Assembly (NCBI RefSeq): GCF_009914755.1
Contig: NC_060930.1
Origin: the human T2T-CHM13v2.0 reference genome, Homo sapiens
Strand: one strand, 5' to 3'
DNA: 64,000 bases
Part shown: piece after piece, positions 32,590-51,638 of the stretch
How positions within the stretch are numbered: the stretch's first letter is position 1
Layout of the letters: each line of letters begins with the position of its first letter
The notes under the pieces: generated by a model
The model's input: only the letters and a program-made list of their open reading frames with translations
The model's database searches: none
What the model was told of the DNA's origin: nothing
Made by a program: the position numbers and the translations under genes

Positions 32590-33050
32590 ATCAGGGTAAA
32601 ATTCATAGTCTCCCCCATGGTTTACAATGAACTATGTGATTAAGCTCCTGGCCTCTTCTCTTTCTTAACCTCCTGATTTTCTTCAAGTTCATTGCACTTC
32701 AGCTACGTAGAGTGCTTCTGCCTTTTCCCTTGATGTTATCAGTACCTGACATACATTTTTCTCAGATAATTGCAGCTTTCTTCACATCTCTTGTCAAAAT
32801 TCACTTTCTTATCCTATCTATAATGGCATTCTTGTGGAACTTCTTTTTCCCCATACTCCTTTATTTTTTCCCATAGTATTGAACACCTATTACCTGCAAT
32901 TATATATCTTATTTATTTGATTTTTTGCCTCCAACCAAAATCATAAATAAAAGTTCCATGAGAACAAATATGTATGGCTCTTTTGTTTACTGTGATACCC
33001 ATCAGTACCTAAAATGTGACCAAAAGGTAGTAGAACTCAAATATTTATAA
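32590..33050 (+). mobile_element. L2 3' relic
   Basis: aagttccatgagaaca...tttgtttactgtgataccc...cagtacctaaaat...agtagaactcaaatattt. Confidence 0.6.
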
Positions 33051-33321
33051 AATGGTTTTCAATCAGCTCATCATAAGTCATAATTTAAAGGCATCCTAAA
33101 CAAATAAATACACAGTTCAATGAGATTTAAATGAAATTGGTTTTGAGTTTCTCAGTTTTTTACCTTCTCCATGAATGAGATATATGGATATAAAGAAAAT
33201 TTAGCACTTAAACTATTGAATCTGAGGTAGCAGAAATCTATCTTTTGATAGAAATCTATCTTCCTCAGCCAATGAGAAAGATGAAACTGAATAAAAGGAG
33301 GGGGATATATCTTCACTTATT

Positions 33322-33632
33322 TTTTAATTTATTTTATTATTATTATTTTTTGAGACAGAGTCTCTCTCTGTCCCCAGGCTGGAGTGCAGTGGTGCGATGT
33401 TGGCTCACTGCCACCTCCACCTCCGGGTTCAAGTGACTCTCCTGCCTCAGCCTCCCGAATAGCTGGGACTACAGGTACATGCCACCATGCCCAGCTAATT
33501 GTTGTGTTTTTAGTAGAGATAGGGTTTCACCATGTTGGTCAGGCTTGTCTTGAGCTCCTAACATCAGGTGATCCACCTGCTTTGGGTTCCCAAAGTTTTG
33601 AGATTACAGGCGTGAGCCATTGCACCCAGCTT
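33322..33632 (-). mobile_element. AluS
   Basis: Full antisense dimer; TSD acttattt on both sides. Confidence 0.94.
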
Positions 33633-33806
33633 GACTTATTTCTAAAATAAAAAATTAATAGAAAAAAATGTTGTGAAGAGCCCTAAATGTTCTAGAGACA
33701 TTATGTGTCCCAATACAGTCTGGTTTAAAGAATTTAGGTAATGTTTTGGTATTAATTAGTAGAAATTAAACCTGTATTATTTGGAATTGAATCACTGGTT
33801 TTATTA

Positions 33807-33861
33807 TTAGGTTGGTGCAAAAGTAATGGCAAAAACCACAATTACATTTGCACCAACCTAA
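33807..33861. mobile_element. MADE1 (Hsmar1-derived MITE), internally deleted 55-bp form
   Basis: ttaggttggtgcaaa...tttgcaccaacctaa TIRs with TA on both sides. Confidence 0.93.
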
Positions 33862-36800
33862 TATTAGTAGTCATTTTGGTAACCCAAACAATTACCCAGG
33901 TGTAAATTTTTCTTATTTTCATCTCTGATAACCCAGGGTTACTAGAAAAACAGAGTCGGCAAATACAACATACTTTATAGTCTTGTTGAAGTAAAGCAGA
34001 TAATTGACGTTATTTTTTCTCTCCCGCTTGCTACACTGCAATTGAAGTGTGGCTGTTCATTATAAGTTTCAAATGCTAACTCTACACATTTGATGAATCT
34101 AGGGATTTGAATAGATATTATAGCAAACTGGCATGTTCTTATAAAAGACAGAATTCACAATTTCTTGCCCTTTCTTTACTCAAAGGATAAACTTTATTAC
34201 TGTGTTATCACCACCAACTAAAGTTGATTTAAGAGATATGATGCTTCTTTTAAAGACATGATTTTCATAATAAGTGAAGCAAGGGAGACCTCTAGCAGCA
34301 TCTGCTCATGATGAAATCTTAAATCAATGATTTGGCTTCATTCCCAACTAACAGGTATATCTGCATGGATTATTATTATTATTATTAGCTACCAAGAAAA
34401 GAAAGTATTACACAAGGGGCACTCACCCTGACATTTCCAAATATTCATAAAATGATACAATATTTTCAAAAATACAGGAGTAATGTTTCACTTATTCACC
34501 CTGCGATGCCCAGTCAATTCCATGAATGAAGTCACAGGTGGTGATAAAGCACAATGTGAGTGTTAGTCAGGATAAAATAATACTTGGCTGAGAACCACAA
34601 TCCCAAAAGCCAAAATCCCTGACCACTTGCTTTCTTCTGACACAGACTTGCAAAAGAGACTTTTAGAAAGGTTATATAAAACAAAAATCTCCCTATTTTT
34701 AGAGTAAGGCCTAGCACCTTGATTTAGTCAACAATCATTAAGCAGCCACTGAGTGCAGTTGGCAGAAATGTGTTGAGTGGTTTTTGGATCCTGAATGCAG
34801 ACTCTCTAGATTGACATACTAAAGGAAGGCAACCCAAGGCAAAAGACATCAAGGAGAAAAAATGCAGTGAAATACTCGGAAGTATCAATCATATCTATTC
34901 CCCAAACTTTCCTTAGTATGAAGTTTCTTCTCAAACAGTAAAGGGCAGCCTGATATCCTCTTATATTATTGCTCAAGTGGATGGTACAGAGATACTGCAA
35001 AGAGAGATGAAGAATGATAGATTTTCAGAGAAATTGTGCCGAATATTTATCATTCACTGAATCTGACCTGTATTTGAGAAAAAATGAATAACAGAAGGGA
35101 GAAGAAGGAACTTTATACTCTTCCTAGAAGCCAAATTTTCCACATTTATTGTTATTAATTTTTATCTATTGGGCTTAAAATTCAGACTGTTTTAAACCAA
35201 GAGTATAGCTGTGCCCATGAAGGAGGAAACTTGAGTGTCAAGTATCTTACCTAAACCTCGAGTTTTTCTTTTTTTTTCCTCCTTCTTCTCATTGATGTAA
35301 CATGCATTTTTACTTCAAACAATGGCATATATGTTTTAGCCACAGATGACTCAGAAATCGAAAGTTAGAAGACAATCGTTAGTTTTCTCCAAGAACACAA
35401 AGCTCTAGAACAAAATTTTAATCTTCTAGCTCCCATCTTGATTAATGCGAAGGCATTTGTCTATCCAAGCTCACTGTGTAAAGGTCATGTGATGTATGCC
35501 ATATAACATCACAATGCTAGCAATATGAAGTACTTCAAATTTATTTCTACTCCATTAACTTTAACAGTGAGAACCTTTCACATTTTCAAGTGAAACTATT
35601 GATTCCACAGTGAAATTAATGTTCCACAATACATATATAAAAGCATTTCTGCCACTCAATTTTCTTATCCTGTTCCAGGCAAGCCAAAAATCTTTCACTC
35701 GGGTGCCTGTTTGGAGTCTCCTTCTCTCAATCAGTGGATTCTACCATCTTTTCCAGACCATCTCCCCTTTCACACCTCCACCATTGGGTTACCCCAACTC
35801 CAATTTGCTCATGTTATGCTCTTAGAGGCAAGGCAGGACATAAGAATATAACAACACTAGATGCCCATGAAAAAAAAATAGAAAAATGAAATAAAATTTC
35901 AAAATTCATGTGCAATAACAGCTGCTTATAATCCAAACACCAATTTTATCTTAAACAGATTTTTTTCAGCAAATCAGTGTTTTCAGAACCCCAAAAAATC
36001 CAATCTAGGATCACCCAAGTTAATTTACACAGTATGGAACTTTACTAATACGTTAGAATCACACAGTCAGGAATCCAGACAAAATAGAGAGAGAGACTTG
36101 GATCATCCCATGTGGCTCTCTAGGCCCTTGATTGCCACATAAGACAAGGGATTTCTGCTCCAGGAAAACAGAAGGGGTTGCTATTCCAGCTTTAGGTGTC
36201 ACATATAGCAAGGAGGATTTCAGTTACGAAACATCTATGTCTTATAACCCAGAGAGTTGTTTTTGTAACATTCTCCATAAATTGTTTACTTGAGAAATTT
36301 GAATCCAGAGACATCTTATTAAGGTCATTACATAGACAGTGACTAGTATCATTAGTCTACTTACCAAGAAGTTCAAAAATCATATTTACAAGGAAATTGA
36401 AATTGATTACACAAGGTTACTAGCCTTTTTTATTTTTCCCAAAGTGTTCGCCCACCTACCAATCATGGAAGAAATTGAGCACAGTTCAGCAGCTGTAACT
36501 TTTTCTTGCCTGCTACACATCTGACCTTGGATATTATCTCCTCATTGCATTTTATAGATATTCCACAATTTTCTGCAACATATAAAATAATATGCCAATT
36601 AACTACTAGATGAATAATAGGATTTGAACCATGAATAGGGATGTAAATTCTCTCTGTTAAGCATGTTACTTGTGACCATATTCTTTGATATTTGTTCAAT
36701 TATTTGTGACCATATTTATGATAATCTTTGTCCAGATTATGTACTCTTTTTCCTCTACCATTCGTGATTATTTGAATCAATGTATCCATGCTGATGGAGA

Positions 36801-36928
36801 CATTTATTTTCATGGATAATTTTCATAGCCAAATTTATGTTTCCCAGTTAGTCTGTCTCCATAGGCATTTCATCAGTTGGGAGCTTCAAATAAACTGCCA
36901 CTAAATTTCCAAAAATATTTACTTATTT

Positions 36929-37223
36929 GACCGGGAGTGGCGGCTCATGTCTAATCCCAGCACTTCGGGAAGCTGCGGTGGGTGCATCACCTAAGGTCAG
37001 GAGATTGAGATCAGTCTGGTCAACATGATGAAACCCTGTCTGTACTAAAAATACATAAAATTATCTGGGCGTGGTAGCAGGAGCCTGTAATCCAAGCTTC
37101 TCAGGAGGCAGAGAAAGGAGAATCACCTGAACCCAGGAGGCGGAGGTTGCAGTGAGCTGAGATTAGGCCACTGCACTATAGCATGGGCAATAAGAGGGAA
37201 ACTCTGTCTCAAAAAAAAAAAAA
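36929..37223 (+). mobile_element. AluS (Sq/Sx-like)
   Basis: Full dimer with poly(A) running directly into L1 sequence. Confidence 0.94.
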
Positions 37224-39351
<2,128 letters not shown>

Positions 39352-39393
39352 AAAAATTTTTACCTATCCTATGAATTATCATTGACATATATC

Positions 39394-39698
39394 CCTTTTA
39401 TTTATTAATTTATTTTGGAGATGGAGTCTGGCTCTGTTCCCCAGGTTGTAGTGCAGTGGCACGATCTTGGCTCACTGCAATCTCTGCCTCCCAGGTTGAA
39501 GAGACTCTCCTGCCTTAACTTCCTGAGTGGCTGAGACTACAGGCATGCATCCCCATGTCCAGCCGATTTTTGTATTTTTAATAGAGACAGGGTTATACCT
39601 TGTTGGCCAGGCTGTGCTAGAACTCCTGGCTTCAGGTGATTCGCCGGCCTTGTCCTCCATAAGTGTTGGGATTACAGGCATGAGCTACCATGCCTGGC
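39394..39698 (-). mobile_element. AluS
   Basis: Full antisense dimer. Confidence 0.93.
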
Positions 39699-40689
39699 CT
39701 CACATTTTTATTTCATTTCGTCAGTAAACTTATAAACACTTTGATACATCATGTAATTGAGATGGAAAGATTAAACTAATGTTTTATGTATCACATTTCA
39801 GCTAAAATGGCAAGTTATCTCTGCCAAATAGTAATGAAATTTTCCCACTTACTGCACATTTCCAGTGACTAGGGTTGTGAATGGAGACCACTCTTCAGTA
39901 AATTTTGGATTTCACCTGGTTTGTGGACATGATCATATACCACATATTATAGTACAAGTTTTTATAGAAACTGGATATTCAGGAACAATGTCATATACAG
40001 TGCACAACACTACAGAGACCCAGCCTCATTCAGTGTAGCTGTATCTATATGAGTTAAACTAACAGCAGTGTTAAATTAGTTGTGTCTCTCTAGTCGTCAA
40101 AAAAGTATAGTCTCAGATTACCTGTGCAAATAGTATTCCAGACCCTTAAAACGGAGTATTAAATTTGAGGCAGAGGGCAGAAGGTAAGATTGCTTGCTAC
40201 CCTCCCAAGTTAGGTCTGTTCAACCAGCACCTAAATCACAGCAATAGATCAGCTGCCATACCATGTAGATGCATCTGCTCACAAAAACTTGTAGCCACCT
40301 TGGCATCTGTGTTCAACCAAGTAATCCCTTTAATTCAATAGTATCTAAAATTAGCAAAGTTCCCTCCTGATCATTAAACCTAAGAATCTATACCAATAAT
40401 GATTCAACAGTTGTCTGTTATAATTTACTTCTAAAAATATATCAGTTGTTTACTAGAATGCATTCACATTATATAGTCATCTGAATTTAGTCTCTGGCTA
40501 CCTATACAGTCTTTTGGTTAATCAATGACCTTATTTGCTTCAATTTGCAGGTTAATATAAATCTTGCAGCTAGCAAAAAAAATTATAAGAACATTATCCA
40601 GAGATAGAAAAAACTAGTCCTGCAGAATTATCTTTTACTCTCATACTCTCATCTTTCTCTCCTCTTTTTGTTTTTATCTAGACTTAGGC

Positions 40690-41022
40690 CTGCTCTATCC
40701 AGCACACTCACCACTAGCCATATGTTGAGCATACATTGAGCACTAGAAATATGTCTAGTCCAAACAGAGACACCTTCTAAGTGTTAAAATACACTCTGGT
40801 TTGCAAAGTTTTAGTATAAGATATTAATATAGAATAGCCTTTTAATAAATTTTATATTGATTACATGGTAAAATAATATTTTGAATAATATTTTGAATTA
40901 ATTGTTTAATCAAAATTAATTTCACCTTTTTTTACTCTAGTGACTGGAGCTACTGGAAAATTTTAAATTATAAATACAGCTTGCATTTGTGGCTCACATT
41001 ATATTTCTATTGGACAGTGCTG
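40690..41022. mobile_element. hAT-Charlie MITE (MER33/MER3 family)
   Basis: ccactagccatatg...ttgagcactagaaatatg...gtggctcacattatatttctattggacagtgctg. Confidence 0.75.
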
Positions 41023-42199
41023 ATATAGATTTTACTAGAACTGTTACAGCAGCAAATAAATATAATTTTTTGCCACATTTTCCTTAGCCTTGCATTTGTT
41101 ATCAATTGACTTCCTTAATTTATCCTAGTTGATGCCTATGTCTTCCAAATCCCATTGGTAAGACTCATTTACAGTAATTTGCATCAAATCTTTTATCTAT
41201 TTATACTAAGGTGAGTAGCAATCATCCACTATTTTATTTTCACTATATTTTCTATCCATTCAATTTTCTTGCCAAAATTTTGATTCATTGAACCGAAGGA
41301 CATTAATTTTCATAGCACAAATCTGAGTGATCTGAGTGGACACCAATATATCAGATCGGATTGTCCAGTCAGATTACCACACTTCATAGATCTTACCCAG
41401 TATCGAACTCTATTTTAGAGGAAGAGACGAAGAAGGCAGAAGCCTGGGGCATTCCATGTTGCATCCCACGTTCTTTCTTTCCACAATGGACTTGTGTTTT
41501 TGGCCCAGAGTCATAGATGAGGACTCAAATGGGTTTGATTAGTCATCTAATACAGCAGGGAGTATTTTATTTATGAAATAGTGCCATTTTATACTACAAG
41601 AGTATATAAGTTGTACAACATTCTCCAAAGAACAATGCTTCATAAATATATATATATATATATTGTGTTTGCCATGTGCAATCTTCACCTAGAAATAAGC
41701 TACTAAAAGCATTCTGTAAGTAAAAACTGCCCTCACAAATATTATTAGTTAATTTATCCAAGGGTCCAGTTACCATATTTACAAAGATTAGACTGTCACC
41801 ACCATTTTTTCCCCAAGAGAATTTCCCCGGTAATTAGAACATAGACTAGTATAATTTGTGAACTATGATACAGATAATAAAAGAAAAAGAAAGACTGAAT
41901 GTTTAAGACTTGCCAGCCAGTGATGTCCATAGTGTATAATACTTGAATTCAGTTAACTTCTCTTAAAGTGTTAATAAGCTCTCAAAATACAAGAATAAAT
42001 AAATCCACCACCTATTCAGATTACCTCCCTCCTTTGAGGTTGCAATTTGAAACACAGTTGCAGAATTTTGCTAGGTCTAATCTCATCATTTTCCTCTTCC
42101 CTAGCTTCCACACACACACAGATGTGATATGCATATACATATACATAAGCACACACATATAGGAGGAATTTTAAGATATGTGTATGTAAGATACATGTC

Positions 42200-42410
42200 T
42201 ATCTATATATAAATATATATATACATATAATTTATATATAAATATTTTATATATATATATATATATATTTAGTAGAAACAGGGTTTTGCTATGTTGGCCA
42301 GGCTGGTCTCAAACTTCTGACCTCAGGTGACCCACCTCCTCAACCTCCCAAAGTGCTGGGATTACAAGCGTGAGCCACCAGGCCCAGCCATATGTGTGTG
42401 TGTGTGTGTG
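42200..42410 (-). mobile_element. Alu left arm only (42268-42389) between (TA)n and (TG)n microsatellites
   Basis: tttagtagaaacagggtttt...gtgagccaccaggcccagcc; right arm absent. Confidence 0.88.
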
Positions 42411-42985
42411 TATGTTTAATTTTCTTTTTTTATTCTCTACCTTAGCCTCTGTGTTTGCAATCCCAGAGTTAGTTACACTGAGCCTGAGCTTCCCCTCAGA
42501 TACTCTCCACTTTTACAGGTTGCTCACATTTGTAACAGTTAACTCTTCAAGCAAACTTCATGTCTAGATCTCTCAATTATCTGGTATCTTTTTCAGCATT
42601 TCTCTCCAGCAATGTCCTGAAAGTATCTTCCTTTGCTCTCTGCTGAAATTTATTTTCCAGGATCTGGCATTCCTTAGCTCTTTTAAATCCTACCTCCATG
42701 AAGGCTTGTCTTTGTTTCCACAGTCTGCTAAGCCTCTTGATCTGCCTTAAATATTTGAAAGTAGTTGGTAGTCTTGTTGATGTTTCTAAGCTTCTGCTCT
42801 CAGGTTCCCAATACATCCTCAGAGAAGTGACACTCCTCAAAATCATGTCTCTCCTTTTTTGAGTAATATTCGCTATCCCCGTGAGGCTGAGACTTCTCTC
42901 TTTCTCACTTAGCAACCATTGCAACCCCAATATCAGAAAAAATTAACTTATTTTTCCTTCTTTACCACAATCATAAGAGTCTATT

Positions 42986-43302
42986 TCTTTTTTTTTTCTT
43001 TTTATTGAGACAGAGTCTCCCTCTCTTACATAAGCTAGACTGTAGTGGCATGATCACAGCTCATTGCAGCCTCCACCTCTCAGGATAAAGCAATCCTCCT
43101 CCCATGTCAGACTCCTAAGTACCTGAGAAGCAAGGACTACAGTCATACACCACCATATGCAGCTAATATTTTGATTTTTTTTGTAGAGATGACAGTCTTC
43201 CTATATTACCCAGGCTGGTCTTGAACTCCTGGGCTCAAGCAATCCTCCTGCCTTGGCCTCCCAAGATGTTGAGCTTACAGCCGTGAGCCACCACGCTGAG
43301 CT
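42986..43302 (-). mobile_element. AluJ-like
   Basis: ctcctgggctcaagcaatcctcc J-type motif; antisense dimer. Confidence 0.9.
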
Positions 43303-43611
43303 CAAATTCCAATTCTCTCTGCCTTCCCCCTCCTCATAGTTATACCATGCAGGCCCAGACATTTTGTTTTTGTTTTTACTTTTTCTATAAGTGTTCATTT
43401 TATTGCCCCACCACGTGTAACTGGTGAGGTGAAATGATAGCAATTTGGGTTCAGAGTTATGATTATTTCATCAGGTTGGGCATTATAATATCTGAATTGA
43501 GAATGTTTTTGTAACCTAGAAGTTCATTAATAGTAAGAAGTTGAGTAGAGAATCCTTGAGATCCACCTAATATTATCTAAGGATAGGGGAAAACTTTACT
43601 CATTGAGTACA

Positions 43612-48145
<4,534 letters not shown>

Positions 48146-49465
48146 TTGAGTAAATTTTTCTATGTGAAATAAAAGGCAAAATTTAATTTCATTCAGATCA
48201 CATTAAGATAAGCTTGTTCAACAAGTTGGTGTCAATGCTAAGGGGACAAATTAAATTTAAATTTTCCTGAAAGAGACTATATGAATATAAAAAATAATAA
48301 AACCAAAACATTTGTATACTGCCTTAAATGTGTCTCTATTAATAACAAAAATCTATACAAATAACACTATAGGTGTATATATAATGCGAAGGTCATTTTC
48401 TATTCCTGGCCCATTGAGAACAAATTACATATAATTGGATGCAGGTCAAGATATTTACTACATATATTTTGTAGTTTAGTGTTGATTAACCCATTTTGTC
48501 AAAGGAGAAAGGGAAGCTTAATGTGAATGAACTGTTCATCTACAATACTTCAAGAGTAAAAGGCATAAACTCAAGAAAACCAAATTTCAGGCCATAATGC
48601 TAATGAGTAGATAAAGATGTATCAGCATGATCCAGGAACCTCTGGGCATCCAGCAAATTGGCCGTATGCTAATTTCACTCTCAGAGCCATTTCCAGAAGC
48701 TAAAATGTAGCTGGACTGGGAAATACTTGTGCTGTGTTCCTACAAGCCTGGCATATCTGTACTTTCTAAACATCTGGAGACACAGTGAGTCAGACCCAGG
48801 AGGAATTTTTACAACTCCCAGTAAACAGTGAGTCCCATCTTATAATTTACAGATTATCAAGGCAGGTAGTGAAACCCCAGGACCTCTTTTCTGGTGTTAT
48901 CCAATTCATTTTATAAAAGTTCACAAAAGTGGAATACAACATACTATGTGTGATTTGTTTTTTTATTTATGGTTGATATTTATATACAGCCTCAAACTAC
49001 ATACATTCTAAAACACATTCATGTTTGGTTATCCCAAAAACAATTTTCCCTGAGACATAATTTATTATTCACATTCTATATAAAAGGAAGTAGACATAGA
49101 GATGTCTGATGAATTGGGCCAGAATACTTTTATTCATATTGGACTTACTGAGCCCTCTGTTGTAAGTACAAAAAAGGATATGTAAGAGAAAAGAAATTAC
49201 ACTTTCCTTTTCATGATGCTGTCACAAATAAATAAGCAAACACTTACTATAGAAGACCTAATATAAGTGCCCATAATAAAACAGTCTGCAAACTCAGAGG
49301 ATGATGTGGGAGCCTAGGAAAAGATTCTCAGGGAAGGTGACTTTAGATGTACACTTTAAAGGATATGCAGAATTTTAGAAAGAAACAGAGAACAGTAAGG
49401 ACATTCCAGTCAGATGGAGTAGCAGTATCCACTACCAAAACCAAGAAGCTCATCTTGTGTATGAG

Positions 49466-50464
49466 TGCTATAGTCTGAATGTTTGTGTTTCCCTGAGGTG
49501 ACTTCAGAGATAGGGCTCAAATTCTGCACAAGACTGAATAGTCATTGAAACAAGGAAGAAGTGAAAGCACTTCTCTCTGAGACAAGTCCACGAGTGTCAC
49601 ATCAGTTTACTATTACCATGGCAACACCCAGAAGTTACCACCCCTTTCCATGGCTGTGACCTGGAAATTACCATCCTTTTTCTAAAAATTTCTGAATAAC
49701 CTGCCTCTTAATTTGCATGTAATTAAAAGTGTGTATAAATACAACTGCAAAACTAATTTTAGGCTGATATTCTGAGCACACTGCCTCTGAGTAGCTCTGC
49801 TCTGCTAGGAGCAGTATCTCTGCTACTGCTGTACAGTGTTGCATCAATAATAGTTGATGTCTAACACCACCAGCTTGCCCTTGGATACAGAAGTACTGCT
49901 CGTAGCAGAGCAGGGCTACCTCATAGGTACTGTGCCCAGAGTAGCAGCTTAGAAGTAGTTTTGCATTTGTATTTACACCCATTTCTGATTATATGCAAAT
50001 TAAGACGGTTATTCAGAAATTTTTAGGAAAGGGATGGTAATTTCCAGGTTGCTTCCATGGAAAGGGATGGTAAACTTATGGGCAAAGCCTCAATTTGGGG
50101 GCTCACCTGGCCTATATCACCCTCAAAATTCATATGCTGAAACCCAATCAATGTGATGTTATTAGAAGGTGGGGCCCTTAGGAGGCAATTTGGTCCTGAA
50201 GGCAGAGCCCTCATGAATGACATTAGTGCTCTTATAAAAGAGATATCAGAGAGCTGCTTTGTTGCTTACACTATTTGAGAACAGTGCAAGGTGGTGCTGT
50301 CTATGAACCAGACAGCAGGCCCTCTCTCGACACCAAATTTGCAGGTTCCAGGTTCCTTGATCTTGGACTTCTCAGTCTCCAGAACTGTAAGAAATAAATT
50401 CGTGTTATTTATAAGCTGCCCAGTTTGTCATATTTTGTTATAGCAGTCAAAATGAACTGAGACA
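49466..50464 (+). mobile_element. MLT1A-like solo LTR (MaLR), split by an ERV1 LTR
   Basis: tgctatagtctgaatgtttgtgt...caaaattcatatgctgaaa...ccagaactgtaagaaataaatt...tgaactgagaca. Confidence 0.85.
49494..50119 (+). mobile_element. MER41-family (ERV1) solo LTR with an internal inverted duplication
   Basis: TG...CA termini; ccatggcaacacccagaagttacc, aatttgcatgtaattaaaag, tataaata; 49888-50077 is an inverted copy of 49632-49822. Confidence 0.75.
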
Positions 50465-51638
50465 GGACAGTCCAGGCAGAGGGAATAGCACTATCCACTA
50501 TCAAAAGCATGAAGCTTATCTTGCATATTAAGACAGATATGCTGATGCAGTAGGGGTCTAGATCTGTTTTGGCTTTTGTTACTTTTTTCTACAACTGCAA
50601 GCTGTTTCTCAGCCTAAGGAGATTTCTTTAGGCTGAGAGCTATCAAGAGTTGAAAATGAATTAAGCCCCATCCCCTGGAGTTCAATTAGGGTCCCCCAGG
50701 GTGTTCTTGGAAGAGTCTTGGAAAAGTCTTAACATTGATTCAATCTGAGGAACACCACTGAGCCTGGAGGATTACACTCTAGAGTTATCTGTCAATCAAG
50801 TTTCATCTTCCAGTAGCTGGTTGCAGAAGAAGAAAGTAATTGGATGCCCATAGGGGCTACTTTCTGAAACTCCATTGTTGATAAACATCTAATTCTTTGA
50901 AGATAATAAAGAGAAAAGACAGACTACAGGAAAAAGTAAAATTGTGTTCCTGAATAGCGTAATATACATTTCTATTCATATGTGTTCTATATGAGAATAG
51001 TTAATATTTACTTTTCCAATTTTAGTTTTCAGTTTTTATTTATTTTTTTTAAATTTTTATTCTTTCCCCATACCTCCTTAGTACCATGACACGTATATCT
51101 TACAGAATCATTACTACAGTTATTTATTCTCTTTTATAAGAAAAATAGATTTAGAAATTTTGCTCTTCAGAATGTATAATTCAATTGGTATTTTTCCTGT
51201 TTATGAAAGTCATTTTCTACTTTCGCTAAGCTTTCTTTTTTTCATAATTTTTGTTCTAAACAAAGCAAATGTAAAACTGCATGTCCCCTTTTCGGAATTC
51301 ATTTTGATGTATAAAAGCTCACCTTGGCTGTATTTTGTACAAGAAATATAATAGTTCTTTAGCAAAATAGTAAAGGTTGAAATAGGTCAGTCTCATTTTA
51401 TATATTGAAATCTTATAAAATATAACAGAATTAAAGTTGAGCAATTTATAACACTAGTTTATCTTTACCATTGAATAAAATATATTTTATTTTTTATACA
51501 GTGAACTAGTGTATTATTATTTTTGTTCTTCTATTTTTTCTTTTTCCTTTCTTTTTCCTTCATTTCTTTTACATTTTCATAAGCAATTTTAATTTTTATC
51601 ATGGTTTTGTTTGATTATTTGGATGTAACATGGGGATT

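Noticed and set aside
41397-41546. Possible minus-strand coding exon (GTAAG donor near 41392-41396)
   Set aside because: Stops in all three frames and a weak acceptor.
39352-43611. Inversion of the spacer by recombination between the inverted L1 pair
   Set aside because: Each L1 still matches its own candidate TSD on both sides, so there is no evidence of swapped flanks.
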